A stretch of 62,870 nt of DNA, counting the filler. It is 4 parts of 4 records of this genome, joined end to end, with 100 filler letters (N's around TTAATTAATTAA, not from the genome) between each part and the next. Parts side by side here need not be neighbours in the genome. Positions count along the whole stretch, not along the records: positions 21,667 to 51,465 come from DRR378314_224; 3 more parts are not named here. One strand, given 5' to 3'. Position 1 is the stretch's first letter, and every line of letters begins with the position of its first letter. The position numbers and the translations under genes are program-made. Positions 22,269 to 31,527 of the stretch are shown piece by piece. The notes under the pieces were generated by a model. It searched no databases and had not been told where the DNA came from. It saw only the letters and a program-made list of their open reading frames with translations.

Positions 22269-22335
22269 CCGCGCGATTGCCCTGTCATAGGCAATTATGA
22301 GCGCTTTTGCGACAAACAGAGTGAAGATTGGGTAA

Positions 22336-22938
22336 ATGACGCGACTGAAGGTGCGTGGATTCGAAATTCACAAGGGTTTCCTGCCCCCAAAGACGCAGCG
22401 CGCGCTCATCGAAGCTTTGCGCCCGGTTCTGCGTTCTGCGCCGTTGTTCGCGCCCGATGTGCCGGGGGGGGGGAAGATGTCAGTCCGCATGACGTCGGCT
22501 GGCGCCTTCGGCTGGTTCAGTGACAGCTGCGGATATCGCTATGAGGCCGAGCATCCGTCCGGACGGCCCTGGCCCGGCATCCCCGCGGAGGTGCTCGATG
22601 TCTGGCATGGGCTGGTTGATTCGGAACGCGCGCCGGAGTGCTGCCTGTTCAACTACTACGGTGAAGGCGCGCGGATGGGTTTGCATCAGGACAAGGATGA
22701 GGCGGATTTTTCCTATCCTGTGGTTTCGATTTCGCTTGGCGATGACGGGTTGCTGCGGCTCGGAGGTACAAGCCGCAAGGAAAAGACCGAGTCGATCTGG
22801 CTCAATTCAGGCGATGTGGTCGTGATGGGTGGCCCGGCTCGGCTGGCCTATCACGGCGTTGACCGTATTCGTTTCAAGTCCTCGCGCCTGTTGCCGAAGG
22901 GTGGGCGCGTCAATCTCACGCTGCGGGTGGTGACCTGA
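22336..22938 (+). CDS. alkB: AlkB 2OG-Fe(II) dioxygenase
   Basis: MSVRMT, MGLHQDKDE (HxD), AYHGV, RVNLTLR. Confidence 0.93.
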   Translation: MTRLKVRGFEIHKGFLPPKTQRALIEALRPVLRSAPLFAPDVPGGGKMSVRMTSAGAFGWFSDSCGYRYEAEHPSGRPWPGIPAEVLDVWHGLVDSERAPECCLFNYYGEGARMGLHQDKDEADFSYPVVSISLGDDGLLRLGGTSRKEKTESIWLNSGDVVVMGGPARLAYHGVDRIRFKSSRLLPKGGRVNLTLRVVT

Positions 22939-22956
22939 CAATCAGAAAGCCTGAGA

Positions 22957-23778
22957 TCAGCGACGGGCGCTCCAGCTGAGGGAGACGGCACGGCGTGTGT
23001 AAAACTCGCCCATCAGTCCAAGTATTAGGAATATGAGCGCCAACCAGGCAGTGTATTCCCACCAGGTGACGTGCGGATTGTAGTTGATGAAAATATAACC
23101 GCGGGCCTGATCGATCGCGTGAAACAGAGGGTTCCAGATGAACAGCGGCAACATGTTGCCGGGGAGAGTGTTGGCGAGCACCATTTTGCCGGAGAACAGC
23201 ATGTTGGAGCGCTGATAAATCGTTGAGATAATCCCGATCAGGCCCGGCATCCAGGGTTTCAGAACATAGAGCACCAGGCCGATGGCCGCACCCGAAGCCC
23301 AAGCGAGCAGCAGCATGCCAAAGGCGGGAATGGGTTCTTCAATCTGAATTGGCGTGAAGGCGACGTGATAGGTGAACAGGATGATCAGCATCGACAGCAC
23401 CTGGACATAGAGTGCCCCGATCGCTGCGGACAAAATGGCGATGGTTGTGTTCATCGGTGCATGCTGCATCATTGGGCTCGACGGACCCTCAGCACCAACA
23501 ACGGCGCCGACAGTCTTGGTGTGTGTCATGAACAGAAAGACGCCTGACATCATGTAGAGAAGAAAGTCTCCCCGGATCGCCGCGCCACGCATGCCGAGGA
23601 CAGTGAACATGAAGTAAAAGAACATCACGAACATCACTGCCTGAATGATGTTCATCCCCAACGCAACAAATGCGTTGCTGTGTTTGGCGCGGATGCTTCG
23701 CACGACCGAGTGGAAGACAACTTCACTCAGTGTAATGACGCGGGACAGCGACGACCTATCGGTACGATATCGAAACAT
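22957..23778 (-). CDS. ABC-2 permease, KpsM/Wzm-like polysaccharide exporter
   Basis: Six hydrophobic segments, FSG, WNPLFH...AR motif; divergent from the glycan cluster. Confidence 0.8.
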   Translation of the reverse strand: MFRYRTDRSSLSRVITLSEVVFHSVVRSIRAKHSNAFVALGMNIIQAVMFVMFFYFMFTVLGMRGAAIRGDFLLYMMSGVFLFMTHTKTVGAVVGAEGPSSPMMQHAPMNTTIAILSAAIGALYVQVLSMLIILFTYHVAFTPIQIEEPIPAFGMLLLAWASGAAIGLVLYVLKPWMPGLIGIISTIYQRSNMLFSGKMVLANTLPGNMLPLFIWNPLFHAIDQARGYIFINYNPHVTWWEYTAWLALIFLILGLMGEFYTRRAVSLSWSARR

Positions 23779-23898
23779 GGCCTCAATTTCAGCAGTGTGT
23801 TGCTCATGATCGCATGGATTTCTTGCCGATCCATTGCGAAGTGATCATAAGAAGCGCAATTCTTTGTGGCAACATGTGGATCTTTGGGGGGTCTTACG

Positions 23899-24696
23899 GT
23901 GAATTATGACGATCTGGTCGTAGCGATGCGACGCCTTGCGCTGGAAGCTGGGCACAAGATCATGGAGATCTATGAGGCCAATGATTTCGACGTAAAAGTC
24001 AAATCAGATGACAGCCCGGTTACCGAGGCGGATGAGGCGGCGGACGCTCTGATCTCTGCGGGCCTGCGCGCGGCTTTCCCGGATGTCATGCTGGTGACCG
24101 AGGAACAGGCAGACTCGCACAAGAGCAGGGGGGATACGTTCCTGATTGTCGATCCGCTGGATGGAACCAAGGAATTCATCAACCGTCGTGGCGATTTCAC
24201 GGTGAATATTGCTTTTGTCGAAGCTGGTGTTCCAACCCGAGGGGTGGTTTACGCCCCGGCGCGTGATCGTATGTTCTACACCCTCGCTGACGGCTCGTCG
24301 GTTGAGGAGCAGGGGCCGTTTGGTCTGGATGCCGCTGGCGCAACCACGAAAATCCGGGTGGCCTCCAGCGACAATGACGCGCTCATGGTGGTCGCCTCTA
24401 AATCGCATCGTGACCAAGCCACGGACGATTACATCAACAAATACAGCGTCAAGGACATGACGAGCGCCGGGTCGTCTTTGAAGTTCTGTCTCGTCGCGAC
24501 AGGTGAGGCTGATCTCTATCCGCGCGTCGGGCGCACGATGGAATGGGATACGGCAGCAGGTCATGCGGTCCTGAGCGGTGCAGGAGGCGAGGTTGTCCGA
24601 TTCGACGATCACAGCCCACTGCGTTATGGAAAAGAAGGATACGCCAATCCGTTTTTCATCGCCTACGCTCCTGGTGTCGAATTGAAAGAAGCCTGA
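23899..24696 (+). CDS. cysQ: 3'(2'),5'-bisphosphate nucleotidase
   Basis: K.DDSPVT.AD, VDPLDGTKEF, GSSLK, EWDTAAG; GTG start inferred. Confidence 0.94.
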   Translation: MNYDDLVVAMRRLALEAGHKIMEIYEANDFDVKVKSDDSPVTEADEAADALISAGLRAAFPDVMLVTEEQADSHKSRGDTFLIVDPLDGTKEFINRRGDFTVNIAFVEAGVPTRGVVYAPARDRMFYTLADGSSVEEQGPFGLDAAGATTKIRVASSDNDALMVVASKSHRDQATDDYINKYSVKDMTSAGSSLKFCLVATGEADLYPRVGRTMEWDTAAGHAVLSGAGGEVVRFDDHSPLRYGKEGYANPFFIAYAPGVELKEA

Positions 24697-25497
24697 ATGT
24701 CCGTTCTTATCGTGATCCCGGCACGCTATGCGTCCTCTCGTTTTCCCGGAAAACCTCTCGCGGAGTTGACAGGTGCATCTGGCCAGATGCGCACCCTGAT
24801 CGAAAGATCCTGGCGCGCTGCGATGGCGATTCAGGGCGTGGATCGGGTTGTCGTGGCAACCGATGATGACCGGATCAGGACTGTGTCGGAAGGATTCGGA
24901 GCAGAAGTCGTGATGACTTCTGCGGATTGCGCCAACGGCACAGAGCGATGCGCGGAGGCCCATGCGGCACTCGGTGCAGGCTACGAGATTGTGGTCAATC
25001 TGCAGGGTGACGCGCCTCTGACACCGCCTTGGTTCGTCGAAGACCTGATTTCTGGATTGAAGGCTGCAAATGGCATGGGGCTGGCGACGCCGGTTCTGCG
25101 GTGTGACGGCAGCACACTCAACAGTCTGCTGGAAGATCGCCGTTCCGGGCGGGTTGGCGGCACAACTGCTGTGTTCGCGGCCGATCACAGCGCGCTCTAT
25201 TTCTCGAAGGAAGTCGTTCCGTTTTGTGCGGAAACCTACGTGGATGCGGACGAGACACCTGTTTTCCACCACGTTGGCGTCTATGCTTATCGCCCGGACG
25301 CCCTTGAGTCTTATCCGGAGTGGACAGTGGGACCACTTGAAACACTCGAAGGATTGGAGCAACTGCGGTTTCTGGAAAATGGGCGCCGGATTCTCTGTGT
25401 CGAGGTCGAGGCGCATGGTCGAGAGTTCTGGGAACTCAACAATCCACAAGATATGCCGAAAATTGAGCACATGATGCGGAAAATGAACCTGGAATAG
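24697..25497 (+). CDS. kdsB: CMP-Kdo synthetase (KdsB/KpsU)
   Basis: IPARYASSRFPGKPL, NGTER, NLQGD, LEQLRFLENG. Confidence 0.93.
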   Translation: MSVLIVIPARYASSRFPGKPLAELTGASGQMRTLIERSWRAAMAIQGVDRVVVATDDDRIRTVSEGFGAEVVMTSADCANGTERCAEAHAALGAGYEIVVNLQGDAPLTPPWFVEDLISGLKAANGMGLATPVLRCDGSTLNSLLEDRRSGRVGGTTAVFAADHSALYFSKEVVPFCAETYVDADETPVFHHVGVYAYRPDALESYPEWTVGPLETLEGLEQLRFLENGRRILCVEVEAHGREFWELNNPQDMPKIEHMMRKMNLE

Positions 25498-25668
25498 GTT
25501 GGTTTCCCTGGAACCATTTGGTTTCCGCCATGTTAAATTAGAGTTGCGCCGTGATGCTGGGAGCCTTGATCCCGGTACCGCGCCGCGCCGGATGTAGCGC
25601 CCGAGATGCGATCTTGTTGTGAGGCAATGGAGACGTGCACTCGTGTCCTTAGAAAATTGAGAGTTTCA

Positions 25669-26562
25669 ATGCGTAAAAAAGTTACCAAAGCTATCTTTCC
25701 AGTCGCCGGTCTGGGGACACGTTTTTTGCCTGCGACGAAGTCCGTCCCCAAGGAAATCATGACGCTCGTGGATCGTCCTTTGGTGCAATACGCCATTGAT
25801 GAGGCGCGGGCTGCAGGGATCAAGGAATTCATCTTCGTTACGTCGCGCGGCAAGGGTGCTTTGGAGGACTATTTCGACCATTCTCCAGTTCTTGAGCAGG
25901 AGCTGCGCAAAAAGGGCAAGGACGATCTGCTCGAAGTGCTCAAATCCACCAATATGGATTCTGGAGCCATCGCCTACATTCGTCAGCACAAGGCTTTGGG
26001 GCTGGGCCACGCCGTATGGTGTGCGCGTCGCCTGATCGCAGATGAGCCATTCGCGGTAATCTTGCCTGACGATGTCATTGCTGGTGAAACACCTTGCCTT
26101 AAGCAGATGGTAGAGGCCTATGCAGAGACCGGTGGCAACATGGTGGCGGCCATGGAAGTGGCGCCCGAGAAAACATCCTCCTACGGTGTGCTCGACGTCA
26201 AAGAGAACATGGGGTCCGTTGTATCGATTAATGGAATGGTCGAAAAACCCAAAGCTGAGGATGCACCTTCGAACCTCGCCGTGATCGGTCGCTATATCCT
26301 GTCCCCGTCGGTGTTGCGCAATTTGAACCAACTCAAGCAAGGGGCTGGCGGGGAAATCCAACTCACCGATGCCATCGCCGCGGACATTTCTTCCGATGTG
26401 CCAGTTTATGGCTACCGCTTTGAAGGCGAGAGGTTTGATTGCGGTTCGAAATCCGGCTTCTTGCAGGCAACCGTTGCTTTCGCGTTGGAACGCGAAGAGC
26501 TGCGTGATGACCTGATGAACTACATCATGAATATCACGCAAGGTCGCCGTGCCGCCGAGTGA
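25669..26562 (+). CDS. galU: UTP-glucose-1-phosphate uridylyltransferase
   Basis: PVAGLGTRFLPATKSVPKE, LGLGHAV, VEKP, GEIQLTDA. Confidence 0.96.
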   Translation: MRKKVTKAIFPVAGLGTRFLPATKSVPKEIMTLVDRPLVQYAIDEARAAGIKEFIFVTSRGKGALEDYFDHSPVLEQELRKKGKDDLLEVLKSTNMDSGAIAYIRQHKALGLGHAVWCARRLIADEPFAVILPDDVIAGETPCLKQMVEAYAETGGNMVAAMEVAPEKTSSYGVLDVKENMGSVVSINGMVEKPKAEDAPSNLAVIGRYILSPSVLRNLNQLKQGAGGEIQLTDAIAADISSDVPVYGYRFEGERFDCGSKSGFLQATVAFALEREELRDDLMNYIMNITQGRRAAE

Positions 26563-26664
26563 ATCTCGCATTTTGATACGACAGGTCGAGCCTGCCCTGT
26601 TTGAAGGGACGGCTCTTTCTGTGCAAAGTACAGCCAAACTACGTGTTGCAGGAGAAGACCCGCA

Positions 26665-27648
26665 TTGACCCATGTACTGGTAACAGGAGGGGCTGGTTAC
26701 ATCGGCTCTCATGCTTGCAAAGCGCTGCAGCTGGCAGGATATACACCCGTCACCTACGACAATCTCGTGACGGGCTGGCAGGATACGGTGAAATTCGGCC
26801 CGTTTGAACGCGGCGAACTGACGGATCGCGCCCGCCTTGATGAGGTTTTTGCGAAGTACCAACCAGCCGCTGTCATGCACTTTGCGGCACTGAGTCAGGT
26901 TGGCGAGGCGATGAGCCAGCCCGGTCGGTATTGGGCAAACAATGTCGGTGGCTCGTTATGCCTGATTGAAGCGGCCGTTCATGCGGGCTGTATGAATTTC
27001 GTGTTTTCCTCGACCTGCGCTACCTATGGTGAGCACGACAATGTTGTGCTGGATGAGGCAACACCGCAAAAGCCACTGAACGCCTATGGCGCATCAAAGC
27101 GCGCGGTCGAAGACATCCTTGGAGATTTCGAGGCTGCATATGGACTGCGGTCGGTGATCTTTCGCTACTTCAACGTGGCGGGTGCGGATCCAGAGGCCGA
27201 GGTTGGTGAGTTTCATCAACCAGAGACACATTTGATCCCGTTGATGATCCAGGCGATCCGAGGCGAACGTGCAGCGCTGACGGTGTTTGGGACGGATTAT
27301 GACACGCCCGATGGAACCTGCATTCGCGATTACGTGCATGTTTGCGATCTTGTTGATGCCCATGTCCTTGGGTTGAAGTTGCTGGAAAACGGCAAGGGCA
27401 GCCGGGTATTCAACCTTGGTACAGGATCGGGTTTCTCGGTGCGCGAAGTGATTGATCATTCCCGTGCGGTCACCAATCAGGAGGTGCCATATTCCGTTGG
27501 CGATCGGCGGGCCGGTGATTGCACCAAACTGGTGTCGGGCTCGACGCGAGCCAGTGAGGAACTGGGCTGGGAGCCAAAGCGCTCAACGCTTGAGAAGATG
27601 ATCGCCGACGCATGGCAATGGCATCAAGTCGGCCAGTACGAGCGCTGA
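26665..27648 (+). CDS. galE: UDP-glucose 4-epimerase
   Basis: VTGGAGYIGSH, FSST, YGASK, RYFNVAGA, DGTCIRDYVHV. Confidence 0.95.
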   Translation: MTHVLVTGGAGYIGSHACKALQLAGYTPVTYDNLVTGWQDTVKFGPFERGELTDRARLDEVFAKYQPAAVMHFAALSQVGEAMSQPGRYWANNVGGSLCLIEAAVHAGCMNFVFSSTCATYGEHDNVVLDEATPQKPLNAYGASKRAVEDILGDFEAAYGLRSVIFRYFNVAGADPEAEVGEFHQPETHLIPLMIQAIRGERAALTVFGTDYDTPDGTCIRDYVHVCDLVDAHVLGLKLLENGKGSRVFNLGTGSGFSVREVIDHSRAVTNQEVPYSVGDRRAGDCTKLVSGSTRASEELGWEPKRSTLEKMIADAWQWHQVGQYER

Positions 27649-27649
27649 T

Positions 27650-28684
27650 ATGTCGGCTGGCCATGGGTGGCATAGTGCGCTTCTCGCGGCCTACCGTATG
27701 CGATGGAAACGACGGCGCTTGCTTTGGCGCGGTCTGCAGGCCCGTCATGCACTTCGGGTGATCGCGGATCGCACCGATCAGCGCGCGACCGATAGTATCC
27801 TGTGCCTGTCTACGGTGCGCAATGAATGCCGCCGGCTTCCGTATTTCCTGACACACTACCGAAGACTGGGCGTCGGGCATTTTCTCTTTGTCGATAACGG
27901 CAGCACTGATGATACGCAGGCGTTTCTGGCAGAGCAGCCGGATGTGTCGCTTTGGACTACCGGGGCCAGCTATAAGGCGGCGCGATTTGGCGTCGATTGG
28001 CTGACGTGGCTACAGATCCGTTATGGCCACGGGCATTGGTGCCTGACGGCGGATGCGGATGAGCTGCTGGTGATCCCGCATATGGAGCATCGGGGCCTTG
28101 GGGATCTGACTGCGTGGCTGGATGCGCAAGGGGTTCCCGCATTTGGTGCAATGATGTTGGATATGTACCCCAAAGGCCCAGTTGCGGAGCAGACCTATAC
28201 GGTTGGCGACGACCCCACGCGCACATTGAGCTGGTTCGACGGCTGGGGTTACACATGGGAACGCCAGTTGAAATACGGGAATATTTCAATCCGGGGTGGC
28301 CCCCGGCAGCGGATGTTCTTTGCGGACTGCCCCGACTTCGCACCGCATCTCCACAAGGTGCCGTTGGTCCGTTGGAACCGCCGCTACGCCTATGTCAGCT
28401 CGACCCATATCGCGCTGCCGCGACGTCTGAATGCAGTCTTTGACGCGCGCAGTGGAATGCCAACTGGCATCTTCTTGCACACCAAGTTCCTGGATGAAAT
28501 CGTCGATAAATCTGTAACGGAGAAGGCGCGTGGAGAGCATTTCACGCATGCGGACCGATATGATGAGTACTATGATCGTCTGAGCGAAAACCCGACTCTC
28601 TGGCATACCGAGTCTGAGCGATATCAAGGCTGGCAGCATATGGAATCGCTAGGGCTGATGACGCGTGGCAACTGGTCAGGCTGA
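27650..28684 (+). CDS. Glycosyltransferase family 2 (Glyco_tranf_2_4-like)
   Basis: VRNE, VDNGSTD, DADE, HTKF. Confidence 0.88.
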   Translation: MSAGHGWHSALLAAYRMRWKRRRLLWRGLQARHALRVIADRTDQRATDSILCLSTVRNECRRLPYFLTHYRRLGVGHFLFVDNGSTDDTQAFLAEQPDVSLWTTGASYKAARFGVDWLTWLQIRYGHGHWCLTADADELLVIPHMEHRGLGDLTAWLDAQGVPAFGAMMLDMYPKGPVAEQTYTVGDDPTRTLSWFDGWGYTWERQLKYGNISIRGGPRQRMFFADCPDFAPHLHKVPLVRWNRRYAYVSSTHIALPRRLNAVFDARSGMPTGIFLHTKFLDEIVDKSVTEKARGEHFTHADRYDEYYDRLSENPTLWHTESERYQGWQHMESLGLMTRGNWSG

Positions 28685-28819
28685 GACCGATTATGTGAGG
28701 CCGGCAATGGTTTCTATACGCATTGTTTCCATTATGTTTACATGAGATACATGGCTGAAAAGAGATAATAGCCTGGCTGATGGTTTGGCCAGCGGTGTTC
28801 AATTGGGAGCAGTTTACTG

Positions 28820-29830
28820 GTGAAGGGCTGGGACTCGTATCGCATGCGCCTGAAGCGGAAGCGTCGGCTCCTTCGGGCGCTGCGCAAATCGCGTGAGTTG
28901 CGTTCAGTACAGGATAACACCAGCCGAATTCGTCCGGGTGATATCCTGCTGTTCTCGACATTCCGCAACGAGACAATTCGGCTTCCTTATTTTCTGCAGT
29001 ACTATCGAAGCCTTGGCGTAAATCATTTCTTCTTTGTGGATAATGATTCTGACGATGCCTGTCTGTCATACCTGAAAGGCATGCCCGACGTGTCGGTTTG
29101 GCACAGCAAGTGTAGCTACAAGCGCGCCACCTTTGGTGTCGATTGGATGAACTATCTGCTGCGCAAATATGCGCATGGTCATTGGTCTTTGATTGTCGAT
29201 CCGGATGAGTTCTTCGTCTACCCCTTTTGCGACACGCGTCCGGTGCGGGCGCTGACAGACTGGCTTGATGAGGCCCGCATTCGTAGTTTTTCGGCCATGC
29301 TGTTGGATCTCTATCCCAAGGGGCGTATCGATGAAGTGCAATATCAGGCGGGGCAGGATCCGCTCGACATTGTTCAGTGGTTCGATAGCGGGAACTACTC
29401 CATTCGCAAGAATGAAAAGTTTGGAAATATCTGGATTCAGGGCGGCCCGAGGGCAAGGGTCTTCTTTGCGGACAGACCCAAACTGGCCCCGGCGCTGAAT
29501 AAGATCCCTTTGGTCAAGTGGAGTCGTAAATACGCTTATGTCAGTTCGACCCACATGCTGTTGCCGCGCGGATTGAACCAAGTCTACGATGACAATGGTG
29601 GCGAGAAAGCCAGCGGCATCCTGCTGCACACCAAATTTCTCGACACGTTCTCCATCAAGGCTCAGGAGGAATTGCGCCGCCGCGAGCATTATGGTGGGTC
29701 GGTCGAGTACAAGGCCTATGCCGAATTGTTGCAGGAGCGGCCCGAACTTTGGTGTAAATGGAGCGAGAAATACATCAACTGGCGACAGTTGGAGATCCTC
29801 GGTCTGATGTCCAAGGGGAATTGGGCATGA
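28820..29830 (+). CDS. Glycosyltransferase family 2, paralog of the preceding gene
   Basis: FRNE, VDNDSDD, DPDE, YAYVSSTH, HTKF; collinear similarity to 27650-28684. Confidence 0.88.
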   Translation: MKGWDSYRMRLKRKRRLLRALRKSRELRSVQDNTSRIRPGDILLFSTFRNETIRLPYFLQYYRSLGVNHFFFVDNDSDDACLSYLKGMPDVSVWHSKCSYKRATFGVDWMNYLLRKYAHGHWSLIVDPDEFFVYPFCDTRPVRALTDWLDEARIRSFSAMLLDLYPKGRIDEVQYQAGQDPLDIVQWFDSGNYSIRKNEKFGNIWIQGGPRARVFFADRPKLAPALNKIPLVKWSRKYAYVSSTHMLLPRGLNQVYDDNGGEKASGILLHTKFLDTFSIKAQEELRRREHYGGSVEYKAYAELLQERPELWCKWSEKYINWRQLEILGLMSKGNWA

Positions 29831-31527
29831 GTGCGGTGGGTATTGTCATGCTGGTCCATACGGCACTTGATCGAGCGGAGCAGGTGACGCGACACTGGAC
29901 GGCAGGGGGATGCCCCGTCGTATTGCACGTGGATCGCAAGGTGGAGCGACGTACCTTTCAGGCCTTCCGCGAACGGCTATCGAAAAATCCGCTGGTGCGG
30001 TTTTCCCACCGACATCGCTGTGAGTGGGGCACGTGGGGGATTGTATCCGCCTCCCAGTGCGCCTCGGAGTTGCTGCTTAAGGACTTTCCGGATGTTGGGC
30101 ATGTGTATCTGGCCTCCGGCTCTTGTCTGCCGCTGCGACCGGTGCAGGAACTGATAGAGTACCTGCAGCAGCGACCCGAAACCGATTTTATCGAAAGTGC
30201 CACAACGGCAGATGTGCCTTGGATTGTGGGCGGTTTGAGCACGGAGCGTTTCACGCTTCACTTTCCCATTTCCTGGAAGCGTCAGCGCAAGCTTTTTGAC
30301 GCCTACGTGAATGTGCAGCGCAAGCTGAAGGTCCGCCGCCGCATTCCGGCCGGGTTGGTCCCGCATATGGGCAGCCAGTGGTGGTGTCTGACGCGAAAGA
30401 CGCTCTCGGCCATTCTCAAAGATCCAGAACGGTCCCGCAATGATGCTTATTTCCGGCATGTGTGGATTCCGGACGAAAGCTACTATCAGACATTGGCCCG
30501 CCTGCATTCCACCAAGATCGAAAGCCGGTCACTGACGTTGTCGAGGTTCGACTATCAGGGCAAACCACACATTTTTTACGATGATCACCTGCAGTTGCTG
30601 CGGCGGTCCGATTGCTTTGTTGCGCGCAAGATATGGCCTCAGGCCGAGCGACTCTATCAGGCGTTCCTTTCGGCACCATCCGCTGAAACGAAGCGTACGG
30701 AGCCCAACCCCGGCAAGATCGACAGAATTTTTGCCAAGGCGGTGGAACGGCGTACACGCGGCCGCCGCGGCCTCTACATGCAGAGCCGATTTCCGCGACT
30801 GGGAGCGGAGAATGGCTTAACATCGGGCCCATATTCGGTGTTTCAAGGGTTTGCGGAGTTGTTCGAGGATTTCGAGATCTGGCTCGCACGCGCAACCGGT
30901 GCGCGGGTGCACGGGCATCTGTTTGCGCCTGAACGGGCCGAATTTTCCGGCGACCAACCACTGTTCAATGGCTGTCTCAGCGACAACGCAGTGCAGCGGG
31001 ACCACAATCCCGAGAGCTTTCTTGCCAATCTGATCTGGAACACGCGTGGCGAGCGGCAGTGTTTTCAGTCTGGTCCGCGTGATACGCAGAAGGCCAACAG
31101 TTTCATGTGCAGGGACACCAACGCGCAGATTTCGGTCATTTCCGGAGCTTGGGCGGTGAGCCTGTTCCGATCAAACAGGAACTTTTCCGATTTGCGTCGC
31201 GAGGCTGCGCGCCTGCAGTGGATTGAAGCCAATCATCTGAAGTTGCTTCGCTCACAATGGGCAAGCGCTCGCATTCGTATCTGGAGCATGGCGGAGTTCA
31301 TCGAGGCGCCGATGGAAAACTTGCAGTCGATCATCGATGAGATCGGTCCATCTGCCACAAGCCATATAGACGAGGCACCCAATCTGGTTGATCTGGATGG
31401 GTTTGGTCAATTTCTTCAGAATTTGAAAAACCAGGGGATGCATCCCTATTTGATGGGTAATTTTCCGGTGGAGGCTACGCCCTCCCGTTCGACCCAACGT
31501 CCGCGCAAAATCTATATGGTAAAGTAA
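29827..31527 (+). CDS. Core-2/I-branching (GT14-like) glycosyltransferase with C-terminal extension
   Basis: LHVD.K, WG, L.SGSCLPL, GSQWW.L, IPDESYYQT, FVARK; ATGA overlap with the upstream stop. Confidence 0.85.
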   Translation: MSAVGIVMLVHTALDRAEQVTRHWTAGGCPVVLHVDRKVERRTFQAFRERLSKNPLVRFSHRHRCEWGTWGIVSASQCASELLLKDFPDVGHVYLASGSCLPLRPVQELIEYLQQRPETDFIESATTADVPWIVGGLSTERFTLHFPISWKRQRKLFDAYVNVQRKLKVRRRIPAGLVPHMGSQWWCLTRKTLSAILKDPERSRNDAYFRHVWIPDESYYQTLARLHSTKIESRSLTLSRFDYQGKPHIFYDDHLQLLRRSDCFVARKIWPQAERLYQAFLSAPSAETKRTEPNPGKIDRIFAKAVERRTRGRRGLYMQSRFPRLGAENGLTSGPYSVFQGFAELFEDFEIWLARATGARVHGHLFAPERAEFSGDQPLFNGCLSDNAVQRDHNPESFLANLIWNTRGERQCFQSGPRDTQKANSFMCRDTNAQISVISGAWAVSLFRSNRNFSDLRREAARLQWIEANHLKLLRSQWASARIRIWSMAEFIEAPMENLQSIIDEIGPSATSHIDEAPNLVDLDGFGQFLQNLKNQGMHPYLMGNFPVEATPSRSTQRPRKIYMVK

